Virus record (IMG/VR): IMGVR_UViG_3300045918_000320 | Location: 1-64,000 of that record | DNA from: a virus | Length of the DNA stretch: 64,000 nucleotides | Strand: one strand, 5' to 3' | Part shown: piece after piece, positions 48,533 to 57,304 of the stretch | How positions within the stretch are numbered: position 1 is the stretch's first letter | Layout of the letters: each line of letters begins with the position of its first letter | Position numbers and translations under genes: made by a program | Notes under the pieces: generated by a model | Seen by the model: the letters and a program-made list of their open reading frames with translations, nothing else | Databases searched by the model: none | What the model was told of the DNA's origin: nothing

Positions 48533-48563
48533 AGTATTAAGAAAACAAACGAAAGAGGTATAT

Positions 48564-48758
48564 ATGAATAATTATGAAACAATACTTACCTTTGAAGAAC
48601 CTACACTTACTATAATTATTTTAGCCGATGGAAATAATGGCTTTAAATATTACTTAGAATCTTTAGATGGTTACCCTTTAACTAACGTCTATAGCTCTGA
48701 AAAAAGAGATTTAATAAGTACTATTGAACAGGCTAAGGCATTATCTAAACAATATTAA
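48564..48758 (+). CDS. Hypothetical early protein
   Basis: GAGG SD before ATG 48564. Confidence 0.55.
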   Translation: MNNYETILTFEEPTLTIIILADGNNGFKYYLESLDGYPLTNVYSSEKRDLISTIEQAKALSKQY

Positions 48759-48770
48759 AAGGGGCATAAA

Positions 48771-48992
48771 ATGCAATTAAAATATAAAAGAGTATCAAGT
48801 TATATTATCGAGACTATTTACGATGATACTACAATTAGAATAGGAAAGGACTATGGCAGTCATGGCAGATGTAAACCATTTTACTATGTAGAGTCAGATA
48901 ATAAAGTTATAATGCATGGCTTTACTACTCAAAAAGAAGCAAAGAAGTATGTTTTAACTCAAATAGGGATAGACTTTAAAAAGGCGGTATAA
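48771..48992 (+). CDS. Hypothetical early protein
   Basis: AAGGGG SD; GFTTQKEAKKY motif. Confidence 0.55.
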   Translation: MQLKYKRVSSYIIETIYDDTTIRIGKDYGSHGRCKPFYYVESDNKVIMHGFTTQKEAKKYVLTQIGIDFKKAV

Positions 48993-48993
48993 T

Positions 48994-49260
48994 ATGAAAT
49001 ATGACACTTGGAAACTAGATAACAATGAAAAATCAACTACTTGCGATTGTTGTGAATGTAAAATTGATAGTAATGATGGAATATTAGCCAAAGGATATAA
49101 AAACAATGATTTAGAACTAATCTGCGAAAAATGTAGTGAAGATTTATTTATATGTGATAGATGTAATTATGCTTGTACTGAAAATGAATGTAGCTATGGA
49201 CAAGATTTATGCGATGACTGTTGTGATTTAATAGCGGAAAGATATTCCGACAATGATTAA
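48994..49260 (+). CDS. Cys-rich Zn-finger protein
   Basis: Four CxxC pairs; YDTWKL N-terminus. Confidence 0.6.
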   Translation: MKYDTWKLDNNEKSTTCDCCECKIDSNDGILAKGYKNNDLELICEKCSEDLFICDRCNYACTENECSYGQDLCDDCCDLIAERYSDND

Positions 49261-49271
49261 AAGGGGGATTT

Positions 49272-49568
49272 ATGGGCTATGTAGCTTTAGACAAAATCTA
49301 TTTAACTAAAAAAGGTAACTTAAGAGCTAAAATATTAATTGAAACTAAAGATAATACGGACAGTCATATTTTAAAGATAACTAATAAAACTAATAGCTTT
49401 ATTTCAGGCAATGGCTATGCTTTTTTTGTAACTTTAATCGATATAGAAAAACAAATTATTAAAATTACTATACAAAATAAAAGCTATAATGCTATAAAAT
49501 TAAATCATTTTATTAATGTAGGGGGCAAAATTACAATTGATACTTTAATAAATGAAACTAATATATAA
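49272..49568 (+). CDS. Hypothetical early protein
   Basis: AAGGGGG SD. Confidence 0.55.
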   Translation: MGYVALDKIYLTKKGNLRAKILIETKDNTDSHILKITNKTNSFISGNGYAFFVTLIDIEKQIIKITIQNKSYNAIKLNHFINVGGKITIDTLINETNI

Positions 49569-49577
49569 AAATAATGT

Positions 49578-49606
49578 TTGACACAATGAATTAAAAATGC
49601 TATTAT
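49578..49606 (+). promoter_or_regulatory. Early sigma70 promoter, copy 1 (TTGACACAATGAATTAA)
   Basis: TTGACA-17 bp-TATTAT. Confidence 0.8.
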
Positions 49607-49638
49607 TAATTATTGAAACAAAAACAAAGGGGAATTAT

Positions 49639-50493
49639 ATGACAAGTTTAAATTTAATTCATTCACCGGCTGACTATTTAACTACAAAATACCATACTTT
49701 AAATACTTTAGATTTAACTTCTCAATTTAACAGAGTGGGCTTTAATATTGCTAATGAAGGAAAATCAACTTTAAGAATTCCGGTTAATCCTGAATTAACT
49801 AGACTATTTAATACTTATACTCAAGAAAAACAATTAGAGCTAATTAATCAATATAATACTAAAATGACAAGATACAATCAGAGATTAGGACATGAAAAGC
49901 ATTTTATTAGATTTCAATCGAATGAATTAAAAAGTACTCGAAAAGATCATGATTTATACTTAAGAGTATCAAATTCGTATGACGGCACAAGTTCTTTAAA
50001 AGTAAGTTTAGACATTTTAAGACTAGTTTGCTTAAATGGAATGGTAGCCCCAAGAAATATTTTCGAATTTTCAGTATCTCATCGCTCTAAAAATATTTAT
50101 AATGATGCAATTGAGGCAAGTTATAAAATATTAGCTAAAAAAGAAATTATTGACAATCAAATTGAGGCAATGACTTCTAAAGTATTAAATACTGATGAGA
50201 AATTGCAACTAGTTGATAATATGCTAAAGTTTAGATTTGATGATAGGGAAATAATTATGGCAGAATCTCAAAAATTAAATTTATTAAGACCGGTAAGACA
50301 AGCGGAAATGAATGATAATTTATATCAAAATTTCAATACAATACAAGAAAAACTAACTAAAGGGGCTAGAATTGCTTTATTAGACGAGAATGGCAATCCT
50401 TTTCATAGTACTGTAAGAGCGGTAAGATCTCAAGTTACTGCAGATAATTTTAATGATCAAGCTTGGCAGTTTGCTACTAGTTTAGTTGGATAA
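49639..50493 (+). CDS. DUF932/DUF945-family protein
   Basis: KHFIRF...NSYDGTSS...RLVCLNGM...H...LYQNFNTIQEKL. Start moved to ATG 49639. Confidence 0.8.
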   Translation: MTSLNLIHSPADYLTTKYHTLNTLDLTSQFNRVGFNIANEGKSTLRIPVNPELTRLFNTYTQEKQLELINQYNTKMTRYNQRLGHEKHFIRFQSNELKSTRKDHDLYLRVSNSYDGTSSLKVSLDILRLVCLNGMVAPRNIFEFSVSHRSKNIYNDAIEASYKILAKKEIIDNQIEAMTSKVLNTDEKLQLVDNMLKFRFDDREIIMAESQKLNLLRPVRQAEMNDNLYQNFNTIQEKLTKGARIALLDENGNPFHSTVRAVRSQVTADNFNDQAWQFATSLVG

Positions 50494-50498
50494 TATTA

Positions 50499-50524
50499 AG
50501 AGGGAATTTAATTCCCTCTTTTTT
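50499..50524 (+). terminator. Intrinsic terminator
   Basis: AGAGGGAA-ttta-attccctct followed by a T-run. Confidence 0.75.
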
Positions 50525-50534
50525 CAAATAAATA

Positions 50535-50563
50535 TTGACACAATGAATTAATTTTGATAAACT
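50535..50563 (+). promoter_or_regulatory. Early sigma70 promoter, copy 2
   Basis: TTGACA-CAATGAATTAATTTTGA-TAAACT. Confidence 0.8.
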
Positions 50564-50593
50564 AATTAAGAGAACCAAACAAGAGGGGATAAA

Positions 50594-51211
50594 ATGAAAT
50601 TAAAACTTTTAACTAGTAATTCAAAATTAAAAAAAGATTCAATTTTTAACTTTGATATTCCGGCATATAAATCTAGTACCGGATTAATCACTTGCCCACA
50701 CGCTAAAGACTGTATTTCTAATTGCTATGCTCGACAAGGTACTTATATTTTTAGCAATGTAAAAGCTAAACATGAAAAAAACTTACAGGCTACTTTAGAA
50801 AATGATTTTTGCGAAAACATGATAATAGATGTTATTGAATCTAAAGCTAATATAATTAGAATTCATTCAGCCGGTGACTTTTATAATAAAGAATATATTT
50901 CTAAATGGTTAAAAATTATTGACGCTTTGCCTCATGTAACTTTTTATGCATATACTAAAAGTTTTAAAATGTTTGATGGTATTGAATTGCCTAAAAATTT
51001 TAAAATTATTCAATCTCAAGGGGGGATTTATGAGATTGACGAAAATAAAGCTCATTCTAAAGTTTTTGAAAATGAATCTGATATACCTAAAAATTATTCT
51101 AAAGCTATAGAATCGGATTTAAATGCGGTATATAATGATAAAATAGCTTTAGTTTACCATGGCAGTAAAAAACATAATGGCAATAGTTTTATTAATAAAA
51201 AAATAGCTTAG
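50594..51211 (+). CDS. GP88-like (Cx3Cx3C, radical-SAM-like) phage protein
   Basis: NSKLKK...TCPHAKDCISNCYA...RIHSAGDF...FYAYTK. Confidence 0.8.
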   Translation: MKLKLLTSNSKLKKDSIFNFDIPAYKSSTGLITCPHAKDCISNCYARQGTYIFSNVKAKHEKNLQATLENDFCENMIIDVIESKANIIRIHSAGDFYNKEYISKWLKIIDALPHVTFYAYTKSFKMFDGIELPKNFKIIQSQGGIYEIDENKAHSKVFENESDIPKNYSKAIESDLNAVYNDKIALVYHGSKKHNGNSFINKKIA

Positions 51212-51214
51212 TAC

Positions 51215-51243
51215 TTGACACAATGAATTAAAAATGTAATAAT
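51215..51243 (+). promoter_or_regulatory. Early sigma70 promoter, copy 3
   Basis: TTGACA-CAATGAATTAAAAATG, followed by an AT-rich -10 (TAATAA/AATAAT). Confidence 0.75.
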
Positions 51244-51260
51244 AAATAAAAGGAGGATTT

Positions 51261-51521
51261 ATGGAATTAAGATCGAAACAAATTAGACAATTAGTAGGTA
51301 ACAAATTTTTTACGGTAGAATTTATTAAAAAAGACGGTACTATTCGAGTAATGAATTGTAGATTGAACGTAAAAAAACATTTGAAAGGGGGAGAATTAAA
51401 ACATAATCCCGAAGCTTTAAATCATTTAATTGTTTTTGATGTAGTAGCTAAAGAATATCGAACTATTAATTTAAATACACTTTTAAGAGTAAAATTTAAT
51501 GGAATTGAACTATCATTTTAA
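51261..51521 (+). CDS. SH3-fold (WYL_2-like) phage protein
   Basis: FFTVEFIKKDGTIRVM...VFDV...YRTINL. Confidence 0.75.
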   Translation: MELRSKQIRQLVGNKFFTVEFIKKDGTIRVMNCRLNVKKHLKGGELKHNPEALNHLIVFDVVAKEYRTINLNTLLRVKFNGIELSF

Positions 51522-51536
51522 TACAAGGGGGATTTT

Positions 51537-52091
51537 ATGGGAACACGACACTTAATAATGGTACAATTAGATAATGAATATAAAGTAACTCAATACGGTC
51601 AATGGGATGGCTATCCTACCGGTACGGGCAAAGATATAGTAGAGATACTAAAAAAGATTGACTTAAACCGGTTTAAAGCTCAATTGAGAGACTTTACTTT
51701 GTTAGTACCTGAGGACATGGCATTCAATTCAGACATTGAAAATATGCTAGGTAATGACTTTAGTTCAAATTATCCTGAATTGTCGAGAAATACAGGGGCT
51801 AAAATACTTGAATTAATTTATAATACTAATACAGGGTTAATTTTAGCCGATAATTTAGATTTTGGGAATGATTCGCTGTATTGTGAATGGGCGTATTGTA
51901 TAAATCTAGATAAAAATACTTTAGAAATTTATCAGGGATTTAATAAAGATAGCTCTAAAGTAAATTATAGATTTGATAAAAATGCTAAAATTAGTATGGA
52001 CTATTCAGCCGTAAAGTTTATAGGGGAATATCCTTTAGAAATGATTAGTGAGTCTTTAATGGAAAGATTAGAAAAAACTTTAGGAGAATAA
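51537..52091 (+). CDS. Conserved hypothetical phage protein
   Basis: MGTR...YGQWDGYP...CEWAYCINLD family motif. Confidence 0.75.
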   Translation: MGTRHLIMVQLDNEYKVTQYGQWDGYPTGTGKDIVEILKKIDLNRFKAQLRDFTLLVPEDMAFNSDIENMLGNDFSSNYPELSRNTGAKILELIYNTNTGLILADNLDFGNDSLYCEWAYCINLDKNTLEIYQGFNKDSSKVNYRFDKNAKISMDYSAVKFIGEYPLEMISESLMERLEKTLGE

Positions 52092-52270
52092 TATGAGTAC
52101 ATTTACTTTTAAGCAATTAAAATTTACATCTAAAATTAAAGCCTGTAAAGATTATATAACAGGGCAAGGGCTAAAGGTTAGTGATTTAAGATTAGATGAA
52201 ACTTATACTATTTTATGGCAAAATGATAATTTCCAATATGCTCATTCTGGAAAATATATAGGAGAATAAT

Positions 52271-52489
52271 ATGAAAGTACTATTTAAAAGATCGGAGAAG
52301 GCAGCTAATAGTTTTAAAATTGAAAGACAATGTTATAACATAAATGAAACTTTTACTAAATATGACAAGTTAACTAGTTTAGATTTAGTAACTAAAATAG
52401 AAGGTAAGGAATATAGATTTGAATTAAATAGAAATGAGATTTTAGATTTAATTAAACGTCTAAATGATTCTTTAAATGGAGGCTATTAA
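52271..52489 (+). CDS. Hypothetical protein
   Basis: AGGAG SD. Confidence 0.55.
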   Translation: MKVLFKRSEKAANSFKIERQCYNINETFTKYDKLTSLDLVTKIEGKEYRFELNRNEILDLIKRLNDSLNGGY

Positions 52490-52490
52490 A

Positions 52491-52679
52491 ATGAAACAAT
52501 TTTTATTTATAACTACAATATTTTTAAGTTTTTGTTTAGGAATGTACTCAATAATTGAAATGGTTCAAATTAAAACAATCCTAAAGCATTATCCTAAAGC
52601 TAAAATTTCAATGGCAATAGGCATTAAAATAGATAAACCTAAAGGATGTAACAACACTTTTAAATGTAGAGTAGGATAA
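52491..52679 (+). CDS. Hypothetical membrane/secreted protein
   Basis: GGAGG SD; hydrophobic N-terminus. Confidence 0.5.
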   Translation: MKQFLFITTIFLSFCLGMYSIIEMVQIKTILKHYPKAKISMAIGIKIDKPKGCNNTFKCRVG

Positions 52680-52683
52680 TTTT

Positions 52684-53169
52684 ATGAGAATAATAATATT
52701 AAGTTTATTTCTAATTGGATGCGGTAAACCTAAAATATTAAGTATTGAACCTAAAATGCAATACTTGATAAATAATTTTGAACAAAAATCTAAAATACTA
52801 GGTAAACCTATCAAAATTGATAACTTGATATTAGAATTTAAAGATACTTATAACAATGAGTCAATTTTGGGACAGTGCGGTATTAAGAATAATACTCCTA
52901 AAATAACTATTAAAAAGAGCTATTTTGAGGCATCTAATAAGGCATTAAAAGAAATTATAGTATTCCACGAGCTTGGACATTGTTTATTAAATAGAGATCA
53001 TTTAAGCGGATACGATTATGGAAATCATAGATTGTATAGTATAATGAATGCTTATGAGTTTAATGATGAAATGTATAAATTAAATTATGATTATTACCTA
53101 AAGGAGCTTTTCGGAGTAATTAATTATACTGAAATTCCGACTAGGACAGATTTTATATTTGAAGATTAA
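52684..53169 (+). CDS. Lipoprotein Zn-metallopeptidase
   Basis: Lipobox LIGC; FHELGHCLLNRDH (HExxHxxxxxH) and SIM Met-turn. Confidence 0.75.
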   Translation: MRIIILSLFLIGCGKPKILSIEPKMQYLINNFEQKSKILGKPIKIDNLILEFKDTYNNESILGQCGIKNNTPKITIKKSYFEASNKALKEIIVFHELGHCLLNRDHLSGYDYGNHRLYSIMNAYEFNDEMYKLNYDYYLKELFGVINYTEIPTRTDFIFED

Positions 53170-53204
53170 GATTTAAAACTAAAGGAAAAAAGGAGGATAA
53201 GAAA

Positions 53205-53462
53205 ATGTTAACAGAAATTTTAAGTGGTATAGTCTTAGTAATATTAGCAGTAACCTTGCTTATAGTGGTACTGGCACTATTAGGCTTTGCCTTTACAGGA
53301 TTGTTAATTGAAAATAGAAATGTTGTTAGTAAAGCTTTTGGAATATTTATGGGAATTTGGGGGAGCTTTTTAATTACTGGATTGTGCTTAATAACTTTAC
53401 ACTGGACATCTATTCCTACAGAGGTTAAAGCTCAATGGAATGGATTTACTAAAGGAGTATAG
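53205..53462 (+). CDS. Two-TM membrane protein
   Basis: Two long hydrophobic segments; AGGAGG SD. Confidence 0.65.
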   Translation: MLTEILSGIVLVILAVTLLIVVLALLGFAFTGLLIENRNVVSKAFGIFMGIWGSFLITGLCLITLHWTSIPTEVKAQWNGFTKGV

Positions 53463-53463
53463 A

Positions 53464-53682
53464 ATGAATACAGTAAAAAAATATGAAAACAGAAAACTTT
53501 ATTTTGATGGAAAATATATAACATTATTAGATATTATTGCAATGTTAAAACGAGGTGAATCTGTTACAGTAGTTAGCCATAAAGACGGTTTAGACGTTAC
53601 CAATAGCGTTTTAAAAGAAGCTTTATTATTTTTAAATATAAGTACAGACTCACTAATTGAAATGGTTAAAAAAGGCGAATAA
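53464..53682 (+). CDS. PhaR/PhbF-like N-terminal DNA-binding domain protein
   Basis: VKKYENRKLY...YITLLDI...GESVTVVSHKDGLDVTNSVL matches the PHB-accumulation regulator DNA-binding domain. Confidence 0.8.
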   Translation: MNTVKKYENRKLYFDGKYITLLDIIAMLKRGESVTVVSHKDGLDVTNSVLKEALLFLNISTDSLIEMVKKGE

Positions 53683-53869
53683 TATGCTTAAAACAATAAG
53701 ACATTTTGAAGATCAAATATTATTTATAATTATAGCCGGCAATTGTTTAGTATGGCTTTACAGTTTTACACTGGCTCAGTTGTTTAATTATTAAAACTCC
53801 CTAAAGGAGCTTTACAGTTAAACTTTTTTGTGATAGATTTATAAATAGGGAAATACCCTTGGAGGAAAT

Positions 53870-53977
53870 ATGAGTAAAATAATTTTAATTTTAGCAGCAA
53901 TAAGCATTTTAGCAAGTTGCACCACTAACACAGTAAAAAAGAATATTATTCCTCGGCAAGGATCTAGCCGAAATTAA
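53870..53977 (+). CDS. 35-aa mini-lipoprotein (not in the ORF track)
   Basis: GGAGG SD; MSKIILILAAISILAS-CTTNTVKKNIIPRQGSSRN*. Confidence 0.6.
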   Translation: MSKIILILAAISILASCTTNTVKKNIIPRQGSSRN

Positions 53978-54001
53978 TAATCAAATACCTAGGAGGTACG
54001 T

Positions 54002-54196
54002 ATGTTTACAGGTATTACAAATGCAGAAATGAGAGAGTTTGAAGAATTTCTAGAATCAGAAGCAGCGGATGCTTTAATGGCAGATCCTGATGTAATAGCT
54101 TTTTTTAAAGCTTTACGAGATGAAGTAGTGGATAGCTATTATCCTCCATTGGTTTTGGAGGAAGATGTTGAAGAGGAATATCCGGAGGTGGCGTAA
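54002..54196 (+). CDS. Small very acidic protein
   Basis: AGGAGG SD; Asp/Glu-rich with few basic residues. Confidence 0.65.
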   Translation: MFTGITNAEMREFEEFLESEAADALMADPDVIAFFKALRDEVVDSYYPPLVLEEDVEEEYPEVA

Positions 54197-54414
54197 TGAG
54201 TGCTAATGCAGCTTATTTAATCACTAAAGTATATTCTAACCTGAAACAAAGAGGAGAAGAAGAATTGGCAATGCCTTTAGAATTATTGTATAAAAGATAC
54301 AATAAAGCTCACCAAAGAGATAAAGGAAAAATATTCCAAGATTTTCTTGACTATTGTAATGATTATGATATAAATATAAGAGAAGAACAAATTTCAGAAA
54401 AGGAAGCGGCATAG
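54196..54414 (+). CDS. Hypothetical protein
   Basis: GGAGG SD; coupled. Confidence 0.6.
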   Translation: MSANAAYLITKVYSNLKQRGEEELAMPLELLYKRYNKAHQRDKGKIFQDFLDYCNDYDINIREEQISEKEAA

Positions 54415-54438
54415 CCGCTTCCCCTTGAGGGAGGATTT

Positions 54439-54849
54439 ATGAAATTAATTATACTTTTATTTTTTGTATCTCTGCTGCAAAGTTGTGCTAGCCATTTAAC
54501 TAAAGAAGATAAGCAGGCTGTAGTCCGAGTACATACTAGATGTACTCTAGAATTTCTAGACATTTTAAAAACAAATGACCAAAGATTTACTGCTGAATAT
54601 TGCCGGAGATTTTTAAGTAAGATAGCCGGTTCAGATCAACATGATGTACCTAAATTAGTATTTAATTATAAAGCTAAAATTAATGTAGCCAGAATATTAA
54701 AAACTGGAACTATAAAAGATATACAAGATTTACCTATTGAGTATGCAACAGAAACGGCTAAACAAATTGATGATACATTTAATGAAACTACAGAATTCTT
54801 TTACGAAAAAGAAATGGACAATAGAATAAATACTAAATTAGGAGTATAG
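54439..54849 (+). CDS. Putative lipoprotein
   Basis: Lipobox LQSC after a hydrophobic stretch. Confidence 0.6.
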   Translation: MKLIILLFFVSLLQSCASHLTKEDKQAVVRVHTRCTLEFLDILKTNDQRFTAEYCRRFLSKIAGSDQHDVPKLVFNYKAKINVARILKTGTIKDIQDLPIEYATETAKQIDDTFNETTEFFYEKEMDNRINTKLGV

Positions 54850-54850
54850 G

Positions 54851-55171
54851 ATGAGAATAATTAAAGCTATAGCACATTTTATAATGAGGATATTAGGACT
54901 TAGAGTTTATCCTATTGGTAGCTTATTATTTCAAACTCAGCACCATTTATATTTTATCTTAGAAGATTATCAGGAAGGTAGAGCTATTTTAATTGACGAA
55001 TTTGGAATGTTACTGTATATTAAAAAAGAAGATCTTAAAGCCAATTTTGAAGAAGTATTAGCAGTATTTAGAGATGGTAAAATTCAGTCAGTGAAGGAAA
55101 TAATAGGAGATACTGTTTACTTAGATAATGAAACGGTAATGCTTTCAGATTTAAACGAAGGGAGTAACTAA
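54851..55171 (+). CDS. Hypothetical protein
   Basis: AGGAG SD. Confidence 0.55.
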   Translation: MRIIKAIAHFIMRILGLRVYPIGSLLFQTQHHLYFILEDYQEGRAILIDEFGMLLYIKKEDLKANFEEVLAVFRDGKIQSVKEIIGDTVYLDNETVMLSDLNEGSN

Positions 55172-55331
55172 TGAATTATGTAGAGTATGTATTAAGTTTA
55201 ATAAATGATAAAAACGAAATAGTAGTAGACGATAGATTTAAATTACAAGTAGCTATTACTATTATAAATCAACATGATCATTTAAAAAGAGCTTTAGAAT
55301 TAGGTGTTAAAGATAAGGTTAAATTACAATA

Positions 55332-55541
55332 ATGAAATGTACTAATAAAGACGATACTTATTTTTTACAAGATAGCAGTAATGATACTTTTATTTCGTAT
55401 TTTGATTCATTAGTAAATATTTTTGGAGAATGGACTCCTCACAAATATGGAGCATTAGGTACTAGAGGCGGATATTGGGGAAACGAAATTAAAGTGGAGG
55501 TTTTTAGATCTCCTCTAATTATAGTAATATTTAAAGGATAA
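55332..55541 (+). CDS. Small protein with C-terminal tag (SPLIIVIFKG)
   Basis: ORF track plus the shared motif. Confidence 0.6.
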   Translation: MKCTNKDDTYFLQDSSNDTFISYFDSLVNIFGEWTPHKYGALGTRGGYWGNEIKVEVFRSPLIIVIFKG

Positions 55542-55544
55542 TAA

Positions 55545-55901
55545 ATGAAATTACACGAATTGGCTAAAGAATTAAACACAAAAGCTACAGAATTATTAAA
55601 AAAAGCTACAGAGCTTAACATGGAAATTAAATCTGTAAATGCTCACGTAAGCTTAGAGGACGAGCAAACTTTAAGAAATGAGTTTGGAATTGTTGTATCG
55701 GGAGGCTCGCTAATTACTCCTATTGCCTTTGTAAGACGTTTAGGATTGGATGCTAACAATATGATGAGATACGAATTAGTTGAAGCTGAAATTTGTGAGA
55801 ATGGATTTGTAGAAATTAAATCTAGAAAAGAATTTAATAGTCGTACCAGAGCATTCCATGAATTAGGATACAAAAATGGTCATTTAGAAATGGATGTATA
55901 A
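55545..55901 (+). CDS. Protein with translation initiation factor IF2 N-terminal-like domain
   Basis: MKLHELAKELNTKATELLKKATELNMEIKSVNAHVSLEDEQTLR matches the IF2_N pattern. Confidence 0.75.
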   Translation: MKLHELAKELNTKATELLKKATELNMEIKSVNAHVSLEDEQTLRNEFGIVVSGGSLITPIAFVRRLGLDANNMMRYELVEAEICENGFVEIKSRKEFNSRTRAFHELGYKNGHLEMDV

Positions 55902-56090
55902 ATGAAATTTATTTGTAATATAGCATCTTTAGTATCTATGTTTATGTTTGTAGGCTGTACAGCAATTTCATTGCTTACAGCTATTAATTTAGATTTTGGT
56001 GCGAGTATTGGCTATGGACTTTTAGCTGGTGTTCATTTTGTTCTTATGGTAATATTTGGATATATTTCTATAAAAGCTTAGGGAGTTTTT

Positions 56091-56456
56091 ATGTGGAAAA
56101 TTTTGAATAAAAGTAATGGTCAGGAATTAATATTTAAAACTGATAGCGACTTTTGTCAGTGGTATGACAATACACATTTAGCACAATACGAAAGCTCAGT
56201 AGGTGCTATGGATCAAGCTAAAGATCAGCAAAATGGATACTATATAGGTTTAGGATACTATTTAAACTATATTGATATTCCGGATTACGTATCCTATCCG
56301 CCTAAAAAAGAAGAAACTAAAACTTGTCAGCATCCCAGAAAATATTTAAATAAAATTAGCAATAGTTTAGAATTTATGGTTTGTCCGGATTGTAAAGAAG
56401 AAGTAAAAGAAGAGCCAGTAGTTAATAAAAATACTGGATGGGAATGGGGATTTTGA
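56091..56456 (+). CDS. Hypothetical protein with C-terminal Zn ribbon
   Basis: CQH...CPDC; GGGAG SD. Confidence 0.6.
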   Translation: MWKILNKSNGQELIFKTDSDFCQWYDNTHLAQYESSVGAMDQAKDQQNGYYIGLGYYLNYIDIPDYVSYPPKKEETKTCQHPRKYLNKISNSLEFMVCPDCKEEVKEEPVVNKNTGWEWGF

Positions 56457-57304
56457 AACTGTCACACTCTGCTAAAGATCTTTGGAAAACCTGCAAATAC
56501 AAATGGCATTTACATTACCAAAAAAGATATCGCTCTGTCAGAGTTAGCTCTGCATTAGCTTTTGGAAATAGCTTTGACTTAGCTTTAAACGAATTATTGC
56601 TAACTAAAGATTTGCTAAAAGCTGCAGATGTTTTCTGGAATAGCTGGGAAGAATGGAAATATAAACCACTAATTGATTTTTATAAATCTGATTTTAATTC
56701 AGATTTATTATCCAAATCAGATCTAGACGAAATTCAAGCAGTAGAGGCAGATGCCGATCTACAGGATCATTTATTAAATTGGTACTCACTCCGAGCTAAA
56801 GGTCTTAGGATGCTAGCAGAATATGATCTTCAGATCATGCCTAGCCTAGCTGAGATCATTTCTATTCAAGGAGAGTTTGAAATACCTATCCCAAATACAG
56901 AACACACTGTAGGAGGTAAATTAGATTTAATAGCACGTATTGGAGAACACACTTATATTCTAGATAACAAAACTACTAGTCAGCCTTATGCCAAAAATAG
57001 TTGTCAAACTAAAGAGCAGACAGCTTTATATGCAAGAGGAGTGCCAGAATACGATTCTAATGTAGGATTTTTAACTATAAACAAAAAAGATTTTAGAACA
57101 CAAATTTTGTTAGGGCAAGCTCCTAAAGAATTACAAGAATCTGTAATGCAAGATTTTGTATCTATGGCTACAGAAATTGATAATACTACAGAATTTGACA
57201 AGAATAAAAAAGGATGTTATTCTTTTGGTAGCAAGTGTCAGTTTTATTCGCATTGCTGGGGAGAAGGATTCAGTGAAAACATTTATGAAGCTGAAAAAGA
57301 ATAA
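56438..57304 (+). CDS. PD-(D/E)XK exonuclease (Cas4/AddB-like, 4-Cys Fe-S)
   Basis: LSHS...C near the N-terminus, GKLDL...ILDNKT, QTALY, C-terminal CxxxxxxCxxxxxC. Confidence 0.85.
   Translation: MGMGILKLSHSAKDLWKTCKYKWHLHYQKRYRSVRVSSALAFGNSFDLALNELLLTKDLLKAADVFWNSWEEWKYKPLIDFYKSDFNSDLLSKSDLDEIQAVEADADLQDHLLNWYSLRAKGLRMLAEYDLQIMPSLAEIISIQGEFEIPIPNTEHTVGGKLDLIARIGEHTYILDNKTTSQPYAKNSCQTKEQTALYARGVPEYDSNVGFLTINKKDFRTQILLGQAPKELQESVMQDFVSMATEIDNTTEFDKNKKGCYSFGSKCQFYSHCWGEGFSENIYEAEKE

Noticed and set aside
56438-57304. Cas4-like nuclease as evidence for a CRISPR system
   Set aside because: No repeat-spacer array or other cas genes; its position near ERF fits a recombination exonuclease.
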